A stretch of DNA of 64,000 bases from Octopus sinensis (GCF_006345805.1 NC_043019.1:14383360-14447359); one strand, 5' to 3'; positions 12,644 through 25,420 are shown, counted from the stretch's first letter. The notes: generated by a model from the letters alone, not told the origin. Program-made: numbers and translations.

Positions 12644-13754
12644 GTGTTTGTCCCCTCATCACTGCTTGACAACCGGTGTCAGTGTGTTTGCGTCCCCGTC
12701 AGCTAGTGGTTCGGCAAAACAGATATTACGATAAGTACTAGGCTTACAAAGGAAGCGCCGGAGTTGATTTGTTCAACTAAAACCTTTCAAGGCAGTGCTC
12801 CTGCATGGCCGCAGTCAAATGATTGAAATGAGTAAAAGCACAAAAAAAAAAAGAATAAGCTGTGATCACCATTCCTAATTTTATATAAATCTCTGTACCC
12901 TGCATCAAGAGTAAATGTAAAAATTTAACTTGGCTTTCTTGAGCTAATGAAACGAATAAAATGAACGCTTCGAAACTAGTAAATCCTACACGCAGTATGT
13001 AGTATGGTCGATGCTCAGACTCAATAAATTTGAATTGTATTTCTTAAATATGTTGAAAAGCCTTAACTATAAACTTCAGCACTTTTTTTAAGATATTCCA
13101 TTTTCTCAAAATTTGACTTTATAAGCGTTGTACGAGGGGGACCAAAAAATTAACTGTGAAATTTGCTTCATGTAATCGGAATCCCTAAAAATCGGAAGAT
13201 CGTTCTAATCACAAGTCAAAACTAAATAAATTCGTTTGAACTGAAGTGAATGATTTATCTACTTTGAAATATCAACTTCTTCGTTTCGGGAAGGACATGT
13301 TTACTTTTAACATTTACCGGTATTACTATCCCCGATTTTAATTACGCCGATTTCCTTCACTTTTAGCCCCTGGGTAATGTTTTCTTTTAAAATTTATTTA
13401 TTTACCGTGGGTTGGATACACTTGGAGGGACAAATTAATATAATTAAAGGTGTTTCTGATGGCATTATATGGTATTAAGAACCTTTAATCTAATGTTACC
13501 GGTATTATTTAGAAAGGGTAAAATAGTCGACTACACCGCATTCTTTAGTTTCTTCATAATTTTTCATGTTCTGGTCTTTAATTAATGTCTGTGGATAACA
13601 TTCTGCTTACCTTAACATTTTAGAGCCGCCGTTCAGTCTCCTTTTAAGTTTGTTACAAACTTACACTACGTCTGAATTGATTTTGCTTGGAAAATAGGAT
13701 TTAATGACCAATTAACGAGTAAATATCTTGATCAACCACTCACTTTTCTGTCAG

Positions 13755-13967
13755 CTTACATATATATATACACACACATATATACACACACACACACATA
13801 TATATATACACACACATATATATATATATATACACACACACATATATATATATATACACACATATATATATACACACACACACATATATATATACACACA
13901 CACACATATATATACACACACATATATATATACACACACACATATATATACACACACACATATATAT

Positions 13968-14006
<39 letters not shown>

Positions 14007-14007
14007 A
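13755..14007. repeat. Compound (TA)n/(CA)n microsatellite
   Basis: Direct reading. Confidence 0.95.
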
Positions 14008-14301
14008 AGTGGGAAAATGAACGGAAATAACACTCAAAATATGGACGGAGTTGTGTCTGTTGGGGAGCAGGTGAACTTTTCTCCACATTCACTAAACTTT
14101 AAGTAACATGAGGAGCTAACCCGCAACCACCTCCTCGGACGTATATGCACACACACACACATTTTCTTCCCTGGATATATTGCACCGTATTTTTTTTTAC
14201 TTTGCTCTTGTATTTATTGAAAATAAACGTTGTAACTTGTCATGGAACTGATGTGAGCTGTTGGTCATTTATGACTTCTCGAATATTGTTTTGGTTTTTA
14301 G

Positions 14302-14582
14302 GCCACAGCATCCACTGACCATATCCACATTTATTGATCGAAATTGCCGAAATGCAATTTAACAACAAATGGCTTACAAACTACAGAATTTTCTCAAGAA
14401 AGCCAAGAGAAAAAGATGTTTTACGTGACACATTCTACCAGTATACGAGGTTTAAAAGTGTTTGGTTTCAAAGAAATTATTTTAAAAATCTGCCGGTCAA
14501 AGTGAAAGGATCCAAACGAAGAAATAAAAGACGATCTGTATACGACTTGGAGAAAACGCATTCAGAAATAAATTTTGGGGTT
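14302..14582 (+). other. Candidate 5' UTR exon of the zinc-finger gene
   Basis: Acceptor ggtttttag at 14300-14301, donor gtaagt at 14583-14588, next acceptor ttctccag at 14755-14756 just before the ZNF ATG. Confidence 0.35.
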
Positions 14583-14763
14583 GTAAGTTGAGAACATATC
14601 TGTCGACGTTTTTTTTTTCCACAACCGTAAACAGAACTTCGTGTGGTGCCCCAGCATGGCCGCGGCCTTTGGGCTAAAACATTTTTAAGGATTTATATCG
14701 AAAACAAGAAATAAACTGGATAATAACGTATTCATATTTCTTAAATATTTCTCCAGAATTAAT

Positions 14764-15705
14764 ATGGAGCACGATAATAATTTGGACAATTCTAAAAGAA
14801 ATGTTTTTACCGATATCGATTCCGTGGCGTGGACGTACAAGGGCAATGAGGAGAAGCCTTTGGGTTGTGAAACATTTCCTAAACAAAAATCATTGCACAG
14901 AAATACAGAGTATGATTTATATGTGAAGTCCTTTGCCAACAGCAGTAATTTGACGAAACACAAACGAATACATGGCGGGGAAAAGCCTTTCCCTTGCGAA
15001 GTGTGTGGAGAGTCCTTCCTGATGAATTCTCATCTTGCACGTCACGAAAGAGTCCGCAGTGGGGTAAAGCCATATCAGTGTGAGATTTGTGGTAAATCCT
15101 TCATTCGAAATTCCATTCTTGTTATTCACAGAAGAATCCACACTGGAGGGAAACCGTGTTGTTGCGAAGTGTGCGGCAAGTATTTTTTCTCCGACAGTAA
15201 TTTAACAAGGCACAAAAAAGTCCACACTGGGCAAAAACCGTTCTGTTGCGAAGTGTGTGGGAAATCAAACGGGAGCAACAGCGAACTGAGAAGACATAGA
15301 AATCGTATTCACGCAGGAGGAAAAAGGTTTCACTGTGAGACATGTGGGAAATCATTCTTTGATCATTTCAATCTTGTAGTTCATATTCGGAGCCACATGG
15401 GGGAAAGAGCGTATCACTGTGAGACATGTGGGAAATCATTCTTTGATCATTTCAATCTTGTAGTTCATATTCGGAGCCACATGGGGGAAAGAGCGTATCA
15501 CTGCGAGACATGTGGGAAATCATTCTTTGATCATTTCAATCTTGTAGTTCATATTCGGAGCCACATGGGGGAAAGAGCGTATCACTGTGAGACATGTGGG
15601 AAATCATTCTTTGATCATTTCAATCTTGTAGTTCATATTCGGAGCCACATGGGGGAAAGAGCGTATCACTGCGAGACATGTGGGAAATCACTAACAGCCA
15701 CTTGA
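14764..15705 (+). CDS. C2H2 zinc-finger protein (~8 complete fingers plus partial ones)
   Basis: Repeated CxxC-x12-HxxxH with GEKP-like linkers; last four fingers identical at protein level; 9th finger truncated. Confidence 0.9.
   Translation: MEHDNNLDNSKRNVFTDIDSVAWTYKGNEEKPLGCETFPKQKSLHRNTEYDLYVKSFANSSNLTKHKRIHGGEKPFPCEVCGESFLMNSHLARHERVRSGVKPYQCEICGKSFIRNSILVIHRRIHTGGKPCCCEVCGKYFFSDSNLTRHKKVHTGQKPFCCEVCGKSNGSNSELRRHRNRIHAGGKRFHCETCGKSFFDHFNLVVHIRSHMGERAYHCETCGKSFFDHFNLVVHIRSHMGERAYHCETCGKSFFDHFNLVVHIRSHMGERAYHCETCGKSFFDHFNLVVHIRSHMGERAYHCETCGKSLTAT
15331..15690 (+). repeat. 84-bp coding minisatellite (4 units plus partial)
   Basis: Unit starts at 15331, 15415, 15499, 15583, 15667; only a synonymous tgt/tgc difference seen. 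Confidence 0.95.
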
Positions 15706-16070
15706 AAAATTCACAAACACACACACACACCGGGGGGAAGGCTTTTGACTGTGGGGATGCTTTATAAACCTTTATCCTGCAGATTTAAATTGATCCTGTC
15801 CTACAACATATACACTTTGGCGAGAAGCCATTTGATTGTGGGGGAAGCTTGAGAAATCCTTTTTACAAATCTAAAATAACCTCATCCAGTAACATAGACA
15901 CAGTGGCGGGAAGTCTTTTGACTGTGAAGAAACTTGATAAATCCTTCTCTTGAAATCAAATTTTATTTAATCTGGCGACATAGACACACTGGAAAGAAGT
16001 CGTTTGACTGTGGAGTAAGCCTGAGAAATTCTATATCAAATGCAAATATATAAAGAATCATACAGAATGA
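15691..16070 (+). pseudogene. Decayed C2H2 fingers downstream of the stop
   Basis: Out-of-frame linkers HTGGKAFDC, HFGEKPFDC, HSGGKSFDC, HTGKKSFDC. Confidence 0.75.
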
Positions 16071-16089
16071 AGTAAGTATATCCTTATAG

Positions 16090-16167
16090 GGTACTACTTG
16101 AGAACAGTGGTCCCGGTGCGCGCACTCGCGTAGTCACGCATCCGCACTAGCTAGTCGTGACTGGTCG
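16090..16167. mobile_element. Solo left TIR of GGTACT-MITE
   Basis: ggtactacttgagaacagtggtcccggtgcgcgcactcgcg... Confidence 0.8.
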
Positions 16168-16317
16168 GAAGGTTCTGTTGTGTGGCAGGTCACTCCTCCT
16201 TCGTAAGAAGGTGGGCAGCCCTCATGGCCTGTCTAACTGGCGGCCACTTACAATTTTGTTCTCTTGTAAAACTACACTTGAATAAGTCCACCAACATACG
16301 CGCATTGCATAATATTT

Positions 16318-16760
16318 CATCATCATCATCATCGTTTAACGTCTGCTTTCCATGCTAGCATGGGTTGGACGATTTTGACTGAGGACTGGCGAACCAGATG
16401 GCCGCACCAGGCTCCAATCTTGATCTGGCAGAGTTTCTACTGCTGGATGCCCTTCCTAACGCCAACCACTCTGAGAGTGTAGTGGGTGCTTTTTATGTGC
16501 CACCAGCACGGGGGCCAGTCAGTCAGTACTGGCAATGACCTCGCTCAAATCTTTTTACACGTGCCAGTAAGGCGACATTGGTAACGATCACGCTCGAATG
16601 GTGCCCTTTTACGTGCTACCAGCACAGAGCCAGTTGGCTGCTCTGGCAATGATCAAGCTCGGATGTTGCTTTTGGCACCCTACTAGCATGGGCACAAGTG
16701 CTAGTAAGGCGACGCTGGTAACGATCACACTCGAATGGTGCCTTTTATATGCCATGGTGA
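16318..16760 (-). mobile_element. RTE 3' UTR-derived repeat
   Basis: (CAT)n plus cgtttaacgtctgctttccatgctagc terminus and ggtgc(c/t)ttttac subrepeats. Confidence 0.8.
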
Positions 16761-17413
16761 AATATGTTGGAAATGATTCACATTGAATTTTCATCTTCTA
16801 TGGCAAAATTGTTAGTTTCATCACCAGTAGCAGCTGCATTTAATGTCCATTGTCCATGCTGGTATGGATTGGAAGGTTTGACCAGAGCTAGAGAGCTGCA
16901 CCAGGCTCCAGTCTGCTTGGCGGGGTCTCTACAGCTGGATGCCCTTCCTAATGCCAACCATTTTACAGAGTGTGCTGGGTGCTTCTTACACAGCCCCAGC
17001 ACAGCACAATTGTAGGTCAGTCCTCTTGACCGGTGGGAGCAGCCTTAACGCTTCTGCTCTGGAATTTTGGCCTTCTTGAGTATGTCCAACTAAAAAAAAC
17101 CCTTAGCAGCATTTCTTTTTGCTCTTTACATTCTGAGTTCAAATTCCACTGAAGTTAATTTTGTCTTTCATCTTTTCAGGGTTGCTGAAATAAAATACCA
17201 ATCAAATACTGGCATCAGTGTAATCGATCTGTCCACTTTCCTCGGAATTGGTGGCCTTGAACCCTGCGGTTGACCGGCGTCCTGTTCAGGATAATGTTGT
17301 GATCTTGGTCATTTATGTACCATGGAAACCAGGCAGTTGGCTTTATGAGTTTTTACAGCTCAAGGAAAAGAAGATTGCTGAATGTGCTTTTATTCATTGT
17401 AATTGTCTTATAT

Positions 17414-17731
17414 GTGGAGGCGCAATGGCCCAGTGTTTAGGGCAGCGGACTCGCGGTTGGAGGATCGCGGTTTCGATTCCCAGATCTGGCACTGTATGTG
17501 TTTATTGAGCGAAAACACCTAAAAGCTCCACGAGGCTCCGGCAGGGGGTGGTGGTGACCCCTGTTGTACTCTTTCGCCCCAACTTTCTCTCACTCTTTCT
17601 TCCTGTTTCTTGGGTCACGCTGCGATGGACTGGCGTCCCGTCCAGCTGGAGGGAACACATACGCCACAGAAACCAGGAGACTGGGCCCATGAGCCTGGCT
17701 AGGCTTGGAAAGGGTGCATAAAAAAAAAATA
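17414..17731 (+). mobile_element. tRNA-SINE family 4, tail type A
   Basis: Head gtggaggcgcaatggcccagtg, A-tail, TSD gtcttatat (17405-17413 / 17732-17740). Confidence 0.85.
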
Positions 17732-17927
17732 GTCTTATATATGTATACAAGGTGCATTATATCACCTGACCAGATGCTTCTGCAGCATGGGATGCAACTG
17801 AAATTAACTGTTATAGTTTACCCACCGACAAGGGAGCGATGCAGAATGTGTTGAAATGATTGTTGTGATCAATAAAGTTTCCATATATTCCATTTTCCGT
17901 CTCTATCGTTTCTCTTCTATAAACGTA

Positions 17928-18323
17928 CTAGCAGTATCGCCCGGCGTTGCTTGGGTTTGTAAGGGAAATAACTATATAAGCATTTTTAGAGATGTAAAGT
18001 ATAATAGCCATCTCAATATGGCTAACCACAAAGGGGGAGTGTTACTGTAGCTTTTTATGTTCTGAGATTTAATAATAAATTTTTAGAGAGTTACTTCCCT
18101 TATATATGCTAAAAATGCATTAAAAGTGGGAAAAATTAATGGTAAATTTTTTTTTAAATCGTAGACTCATCGTTGACGCGCGCTAATACCCAGAAGGGCT
18201 CGATATGAATCACGACTATAAGATACCCGGTTTTGGTTAAACTGCACCGCAAAACGTGGGAGTAGTTAGGAATCTAAATCGTAGGAGCCAGACAGCACAC
18301 AACCTCACTTTTATATATAAAGA
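17928..18323 (-). mobile_element. Non-autonomous Helitron (same family as 12039-12537)
   Basis: CTAG end plus hairpin at 17928-17955, TC start at 18323, single internal unit. Confidence 0.85.
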
Positions 18324-18717
18324 TATACGCACACACGTACATATCCATGTATGTATAGCATATATATGTATAAGTTCTTGAATGTGACTCAAAAAGTTTT
18401 TCTAAAATGTTTTAGTGAACTTAAATAAATGAACTTGTTTGTGATAATGAAAATTATGTATGTACAAAATAAAATTCCATAAAACAAATTGTATAGATTC
18501 TTGTTCTCTTTTACTTGTTTCAGTCATTTGACTGTGGCCATGCTGGAGCACTGCCTTCAGTCGAGCAAATCGACCCCAGGACTTATACTTTGTAAGCCTA
18601 GTACTTATTCTATCGGTCTCTTTTGCCGAACCGCTAAGTTACAAGGACGTAAACACACCACCTTCGGTTGTCAAGCAATGCTGGGGGGACAAACATATAT
18701 ACACACACACACACACA

Positions 18718-18756
<39 letters not shown>

Positions 18757-19040
18757 GATGGGCTTCTTTCAGTTTCCGTCTATGAAAGTAAGCAAGCTAC
18801 TTTATTTCATCTAATTTGCCACAAGGGCATTACACAGATAGCAGCTTTGCGGGCTGGACATAGACATTAATGATATGAATGATGGTAATGCAAAAATGAT
18901 GATGATGGGAGAAGACGAAAAGCGCCCGCCAACCTTTGCTTCTCTAAAACAATGTTCCTTTTTCTTTATTTTCAAAAAATCGATATGAGGCCTCAAACCT
19001 CTTACACAAAGGAGGCACTAAAACTTCTTACAAACTTCTT

Positions 19041-20912
19041 TCATTCATTTAATTTGCCACAAGGGCAGCACATAAATTCACAACAATTCTCCCTGTCAGG
19101 TCCCCGAAGCAAAGTGCCTTGCCGCCTGCAGACAGCTCTGCGACAACGAGTCGAGGCCTGCAAAGAGAAAAGTAAATTCTTTCCTGTTAAAGGTTGCTGC
19201 GACCTCTGACAAAATATTTTCCGTTACTACCTGCGGAGGCCATAACAGACTACTTGTGCAGACCGTGTCCATACATTCTCGGTCATCCAAGCCGTTCAAA
19301 AATTTTTTCACCTTCCCTCCCTTGTGGTAAAGGAGGATAAACCACTCCTCTTCATAGGAAGGGGCCTCACACTGATCCGTCATTGGCACACTTCCCACTG
19401 ACGGAGCCTTATCCGCAGATGGCACACATCCCACCTGCGGCTCAGTCGGTGGCCTAGGAACACTCGCCGCCCGTCCTCTGTTCCTCTTTTTCCTCTTTCT
19501 TTTTGAGACTGCGAGCCCGGGGGGCTCCATCGCCAGACGCGGGGGGTCGCTATCCTCCTCCTCCGTCTGTACGTTCTTTGGTGAGCAACTATTGTTGCTC
19601 ACCATTCTTTTTCTTTTCGTGGAGGCAGCTTCCTCCATGACTTCCACCGTCTCCCCCTCCAATAAAGGGGCGGCGTGCACTTTCTCTTTTTCCTGCTCCA
19701 GGATCCTACTTTGGTCCCTGGGGCAGTTCTTCTTAATGTGGCCGGTCTCCAGGCACAGGTGACACTTGGGGGGGGCGTCCCTCAAGCATCACCGGATACC
19801 TGGACCCGGCCATCCTCAAGAAATCTGGAAAAACCAGACTTTCGGCTGATTGGGTCCATAGGGTCAAAACAGCTTTCGGCCCCTCCCAATCAGCCACAGG
19901 CAACACTTTTACATTCAGCAGCCTGGCGCTGCTATCACCCAGACCCTGGTGGATAGAGTCCTCTATCCACTCGGGCTCAACTCCGGGTGGCAGTCCACAG
20001 ATCCAAGCCTTCAATAGTTTCCTTCCACAGTAGCTTGGAATAAACAATATTTCCTCACCCTCGAGGGGCTGACTTGCAAAATCGCATGCTTCTTGGGGGG
20101 AGTCAAATAGCAACCATACCGTTGCATATTTCACTCCCCTTGCAATAAATTTAATGGCCGGCATGTAGTCTGCCAGCTCGTTCAAAATTGTGGCCTTCAG
20201 AAAGACGGCTATGGTGTCGAGCGACTTCGAATAAGTCCTCAACACCACGGTCTTCTCCAGCTCTTTTAAATATTTTTTGGGAGGTGTCAACTCCCACACA
20301 AGAAATTCCTATGCCATTTTAACACAAAGTTCAATTACAGTTCAAAATATAAGGAAATAAAATAAGACACAAAAAGGAGAATGAAAAACACAACAGAAGG
20401 GAAGAAATAAAAATAGAAATAGCAGTTCAAAAAAGTTCTTTTTTTTTTTTTAAATAAACGATAGCTCGAAGAAGAGAGTTCAAATCCAGACAAAGGAATT
20501 AATTTTTTTCGGCCAAAAAAAGGTACTCCTGGCCAAATGTCCAATTGGTAAAATACCTTGCAAAAAGAATCCTTGGTAATCCTTGGTGCTCCGTGGTAAA
20601 TCCAGTGGAAAACACAAAGACAATTTCAAAACAAATTAATTTTTGCGGAGGGACTACGCCTCTTCAAAAACACAATTCTCGCTGCAAAGTGAGTCTCTAA
20701 AGGTGGCCACAGGCAGGAAAATGTCCGGAGCAGAGTGGAGTCTATTACTCACTGAAAAATATTAAATACAGAGCAACAAACTCCACTAAGCCCTCAAAAA
20801 TATAAAACAAATGCCTACCTGTAGTCGAGCCTCAAAATTCAATATTTCACAATAGAGGTGACATAAGCAGCAACAACTCCCCGCCAAAAAAACACTTGCG
20901 ACTTCAGCGACG
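19041..20912 (-). mobile_element. L1/Tx1-clade derivative: 5' UTR + ORF1 + 3' tail, no ORF2
   Basis: ORF1 pieces 19733-20299 and 19096-19785; tail gcccttgtggcaaattaaatgaatg ~30 nt after the stop resembles the LINE tail at 60695-60720. Confidence 0.7.
19096..20317 (-). pseudogene. LINE ORF1p with CCHC zinc knuckle, disrupted
   Basis: CHLCLETGHIKKNC; ATG at 20317 followed by TAG at codon 3; +1 frameshift in G8 run 19768-19775. Confidence 0.8.
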
Positions 20913-22689
20913 GTTAGCAAGCCATTTACCACACAGCCACTCCTACGCCTATGGTAATTAGATTTTTTTTTTAATTTTCTTTTTCTTTTTCACATTTTAG
21001 AAATAGTTTTGGTAACCGATAATGGTGACAAATGTTCTATTTCTATAATTTCCTTAGCAATTTAACTGATTTGATTGATACCAACCCAGGTGAGAATGCC
21101 CTTCGCTCTATGATACAAACTCCTTATTTTAAAGGGATCTAAATTAAAGCCTTCCTTCAGAACTTTAGGTTTTTATGTTTCAAAAGCCAGTTTGAAAATG
21201 ACAGTTATTTTGGATATTGGATCTAACATGGATTAGATGATTTGACCAGAGTTGGCAAGCTGCACAAATTTCTAGTCTAATTTGGCATTGTTTCTACAGC
21301 TGGATGCCTTTCCTGATGCCAACCACTTTACAGTTTGTTGGGTGCTTTTACATGACACTGCACATGCACTTTTACGTGACACTGCATAGGCACTTCTATG
21401 AGGTTCCACATGAGTGCTTTACGTGGCACCACACAACCAATACACAAATATACATTTCAATATCAACACCCCACCATCTTCATCACTATAGTTTACGGTA
21501 ACAAAGCTCATTTCATTTCATTTCAGTCCACCTGTTTGTTTATATCTACTTTTTCTTGCTGTCGATGTATCTCTACTCTGACAAGACAAACGCTATCTAC
21601 TTCACTCTCTTTCACTTTCTCAGCGTAACTTTTTCCCTTGTCCATCTTACTCTACCTGACTTTCTTTAACCTCGTCACCAGAACATCACCCTCTGTTAAA
21701 TATTGTATCCTAAACATATCTCTTTCTCTTTACCTTTCCCTTCCCATTTTACTGCACATCATTAACACCTTCCTCTCAACACCCTTTTTCTCTCACTCTT
21801 CGCCTCTCCCTTCAACTAACCACTTGATGCCTTTATGTATTATTACGCTCCTCGTTTCTTTCTTCTCTGCTCATATTCTCCTTCCTCACTTTCTCTCTGT
21901 CACTTTTACTCTATCTGTAACTCACTCCACTTCTCTAACTAACTAAAGTATAACAGGTGAATGAACAAGCAGGTAATTATATAGATTTATTATTCTCTTC
22001 TCATATTTACAATTCAATTTCTTTGAATATATAAACTCTTAATTGCTCCTGTACAAAATATTGATTGATTGTTTCACCGATTGATTGATTGAGTGAGTGA
22101 GTGAGTGGGTGAGTGAGGGAGAGAGAGAGATAGACAACTAGACAGAGAGATGATCTTGGTTGAATGGAATTATGGATGGGTGGATGGACGGAGAAATGGA
22201 TGGATATATAGGCAGACATGCAGTCTCACAGACAGGTAGATAGATAAATAGAGAGAGAGAGAGAGAGTGACTAGCATGGAGAACATTTCCATCAGGACAT
22301 AAAATCAATGGAATAAAGGTATCAAGGCAAATGAGTCTTGTATACGATGGTGGACCCATACTAGAACTTGGTTCGTCATCTTCCTGAGGTTCATCATTCA
22401 GGAAAAGTATCCAAACAGATATTCATGGGAAATTAGGCATAAAACAATGATATAAGTTGCCTATAGAAATTTGAAGATTTTTAATAGTTCTTCAGTAAAA
22501 TTTCAAGAAAACATTCTGGTTTTGAAGGAAAATCAATTGCTATGTATGTTTGTATGTTATGCCTTATTCCTCATAAGCTGTTTTATTGAAAGACCAATGA
22601 AATTCTATGCATCCAGTATCTTAAGATCTTAACATGATGATAAGACATGGATGTCACTTTCAGATTCTGTCTGCCAAAAAAATTTTATT

Positions 22690-23859
22690 TCACAACCAAT
22701 TTTTTTGCCAGATGGCAGAAAATTTTTCTTTGCTGATTTGTGTTATATTTCCTTTTTTAAAATAAAACACTTTGTTGTCTTTTTGGCTCATCATCATAGC
22801 ATTTTCACCAAAACCACTTCGGCTTATTATCAACGTATCACATTCACTCAGAATATATTGGTCCAAAAACGCCTTCCTTACACCATCACACTGGTTTTTC
22901 ATCTCCTTACGTGGCCGATCCATATGCATTATTCCCCCTGATGTGTACACAATTTGAGGAGAAAATTTTTTAAAAGCTATCGCCTGTACCTCTTCTGAAT
23001 CTGTTGTCACAAATATTTTGTACTTGCTTGTGTTGTACTTATTTAACAAGTTCCAGATAATCTGAATACTTGACATTGAATTCCTTGGGGGATCTCCTGG
23101 AACACTAGGGTTCTGTCCCATTCGAATCTGAGCACAAACCAGATGTATATCTGGCTTGGGGATATTGACTTCAAAGAATTTGTCAAATTTTTCCTGTAAA
23201 TCATCGCTGAAGCGAAACAATAAATTCATCATTTTAGCAAATAAATTTCCATATGACATTTTTGATGCCCAATGCAGTTGTTCTTTGTAGCGAGGATTCC
23301 GTTTCAAGGCATGAAAATAGATTAGATTTGTTGTCACATAGAGGACATCTTCAGGGTAAAGCATTTCTAAGTCTGCTGATTGTAAAGAGGAAATGTACGT
23401 ATTGTTGTCAATCAAATAAAGGTGACGACTTCTTAGGCCATGCAACTCTTTTGGGTCAATTGTCCAGTTAATTTTGTTTGGTTGAAAATAATTAGTAAAA
23501 TTACAAAGTTTTGAAATAATGATGCCAAAACGATGACCCATGGCCTGTGCCATTAAATATACAGAAATTATTCCATGCTGCCTATCTGCCCAACCTCCAC
23601 ACACTGTATGACTAACACAGTAGAAAATAGTATATTTAGTTTTGTTGTTTAACTGAACCAATTCCTGTTTTTCTTTGCTTACAGTTTTCTTATTTATATG
23701 ATGCACTTGATTATTTGGAAATTCCTTAGAATTATTTATAAACTTTTGGTAGTGTTTGTTTAATGTTGTCACTGTATATTCTTTATTCGCAGAATATTGG
23801 TTCCAGGCAAACAGTAGAAAGAAGCTGCTGACCACAGCAATGAATCCAAGAACTTGAAT
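22690..23859 (-). CDS. Type II membrane fucosyltransferase-like protein (GT-B; GT11/GT23/POFUT superfamily), main coding exon; start exon not located
   Basis: Acceptor ttctag at 23860-23861, in-frame IQVLGFIAVVSSFFLLFAW anchor, CGGWADRQHG, motif I VCAQIRMG, motif II KIFVTTDS, motif III DQYILSECDTLIISRSGFG; AATAAA at 22582-22587. Confidence 0.8.
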   Translation of the reverse strand: MQVLGFIAVVSSFFLLFAWNQYSANKEYTVTTLNKHYQKFINNSKEFPNNQVHHINKKTVSKEKQELVQLNNKTKYTIFYCVSHTVCGGWADRQHGIISVYLMAQAMGHRFGIIISKLCNFTNYFQPNKINWTIDPKELHGLRSRHLYLIDNNTYISSLQSADLEMLYPEDVLYVTTNLIYFHALKRNPRYKEQLHWASKMSYGNLFAKMMNLLFRFSDDLQEKFDKFFEVNIPKPDIHLVCAQIRMGQNPSVPGDPPRNSMSSIQIIWNLLNKYNTSKYKIFVTTDSEEVQAIAFKKFSPQIVYTSGGIMHMDRPRKEMKNQCDGVRKAFLDQYILSECDTLIISRSGFGENAMMMSQKDNKVFYFKKGNITQISKEKFSAIWQKNWL

Positions 23860-24469
23860 CTAGAAATGATAAAAAGTATGTATACTAGCAGAGATACCCA
23901 GCATTGCTCAGGATTAAAATGGCATAGTTTTTTTATTGCTTTTCTTGTTTTTGTCATGTGACTGTGGTCATAGTGGAGCACCACCAATAATCAAAGAAAT
24001 CAACCCCAGGATTTATTCTTTGTAAGCCTAGTACTGTGTTTTGCCAAACGGCTAAGTTACGGGGACGTAAACACACCAACATTAGTTGTCAAGCAATGGA
24101 AAAGCTACACAGACACACACGCACGCACACACACACACACATCCACACACACACACACACGCACACACACACACACTCACACAAATATACACATATATAT
24201 GACGGTCTTCTTTCAGTTTCTGTGTACGAGATCCACTCACAAGGCTTTGGTGGTCCTCTGGTCAATGTCAGCTCCTCTGGCCCCTGTGCAGTGGCATGTA
24301 AAAAGTACCCACTACACTCTTGGAGTGGTTGGCGTTAGGAAGGGCATCCAGCTGTAGAAACATTGCCAGATCAGACTGGAGCCTGGTGCAGCCCCCTGGC
24401 TTCCCAGACCCCAGTCGAACTGTCCAGCGCATGCCAGCATGGTAAATGGACGTTAAACGATGATGATGA

Positions 24470-24824
24470 TGTATGTATATATATATAATTTTATTTTATA
24501 TGTATTTATACATATAATTTTATGTATATATTATGTATGTATATATATGTATATATATATATATATATATATTATATTGTATGTATAAGTATAAATTATG
24601 TATGTATGTATATATATATATGTATATATAATATATATATATATATATATTGTATATGTATGTATATATATATATATATATTCTATGTATATATATATAT
24701 CTGTATATATAGATAGATAGATAGATAGATAGATATCATGTGTATATATATATGTATGTGTGTGTATATATATTATGTATGTGTGTGTATATATATTATG
24801 TATGTGTGTGTATATATATATGTA

Positions 24825-24855
<31 letters not shown>

Positions 24856-25029
24856 TATATTATATATATATATATATATATATTATTAGTATGTATGTAT
24901 ATATATATTATGTATGTATATATATATTATGTATGTATATATATATTATTATGTATGTATGTTATATATATGTATATATATATATATATATATTATATTG
25001 TATGTATAAGTATAAATTATGTATGTATG

Positions 25030-25077
<48 letters not shown>

Positions 25078-25244
25078 ATATGTATGTATATATATTATAT
25101 ATATTATATGTATATATATATATCTGTATATATAGATAGATAGATAGATAGATATCATGTGTATATATATATGTATGTGTGTGTATATATATTATGTATG
25201 TGTGTGTATATATATTATGTATGTGTGTGTATATATATTATGTA

Positions 25245-25308
<64 letters not shown>

Positions 25309-25367
25309 TATGTATGTATGTATATATATATTATGTATGTATATATATATTATGTATGTATATATAT

Positions 25368-25420
<53 letters not shown>
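24470..25420. repeat. Compound TA/TG/GATA microsatellite with ~420-bp higher-order duplication
   Basis: Blocks attgtatgtataagtataaattatg (24575, 24995) and gatagatatcatgtg (24730, 25150) recur ~420 bp apart. Confidence 0.85.

Noticed and set aside
14334-14591. 85-aa ORF as an upstream coding exon of the ZNF
   Set aside because: Its donor (14583) is phase 0, which would give AAT TAA after the 14756 acceptor; a UTR exon fits better
22690-23859. Bacterial contamination or recent HGT of a NodZ-like gene
   Set aside because: Splice acceptor, type II anchor, AATAAA, host-like AT content, embedded in host repeats and duplicated locally; ancient origin not testable here
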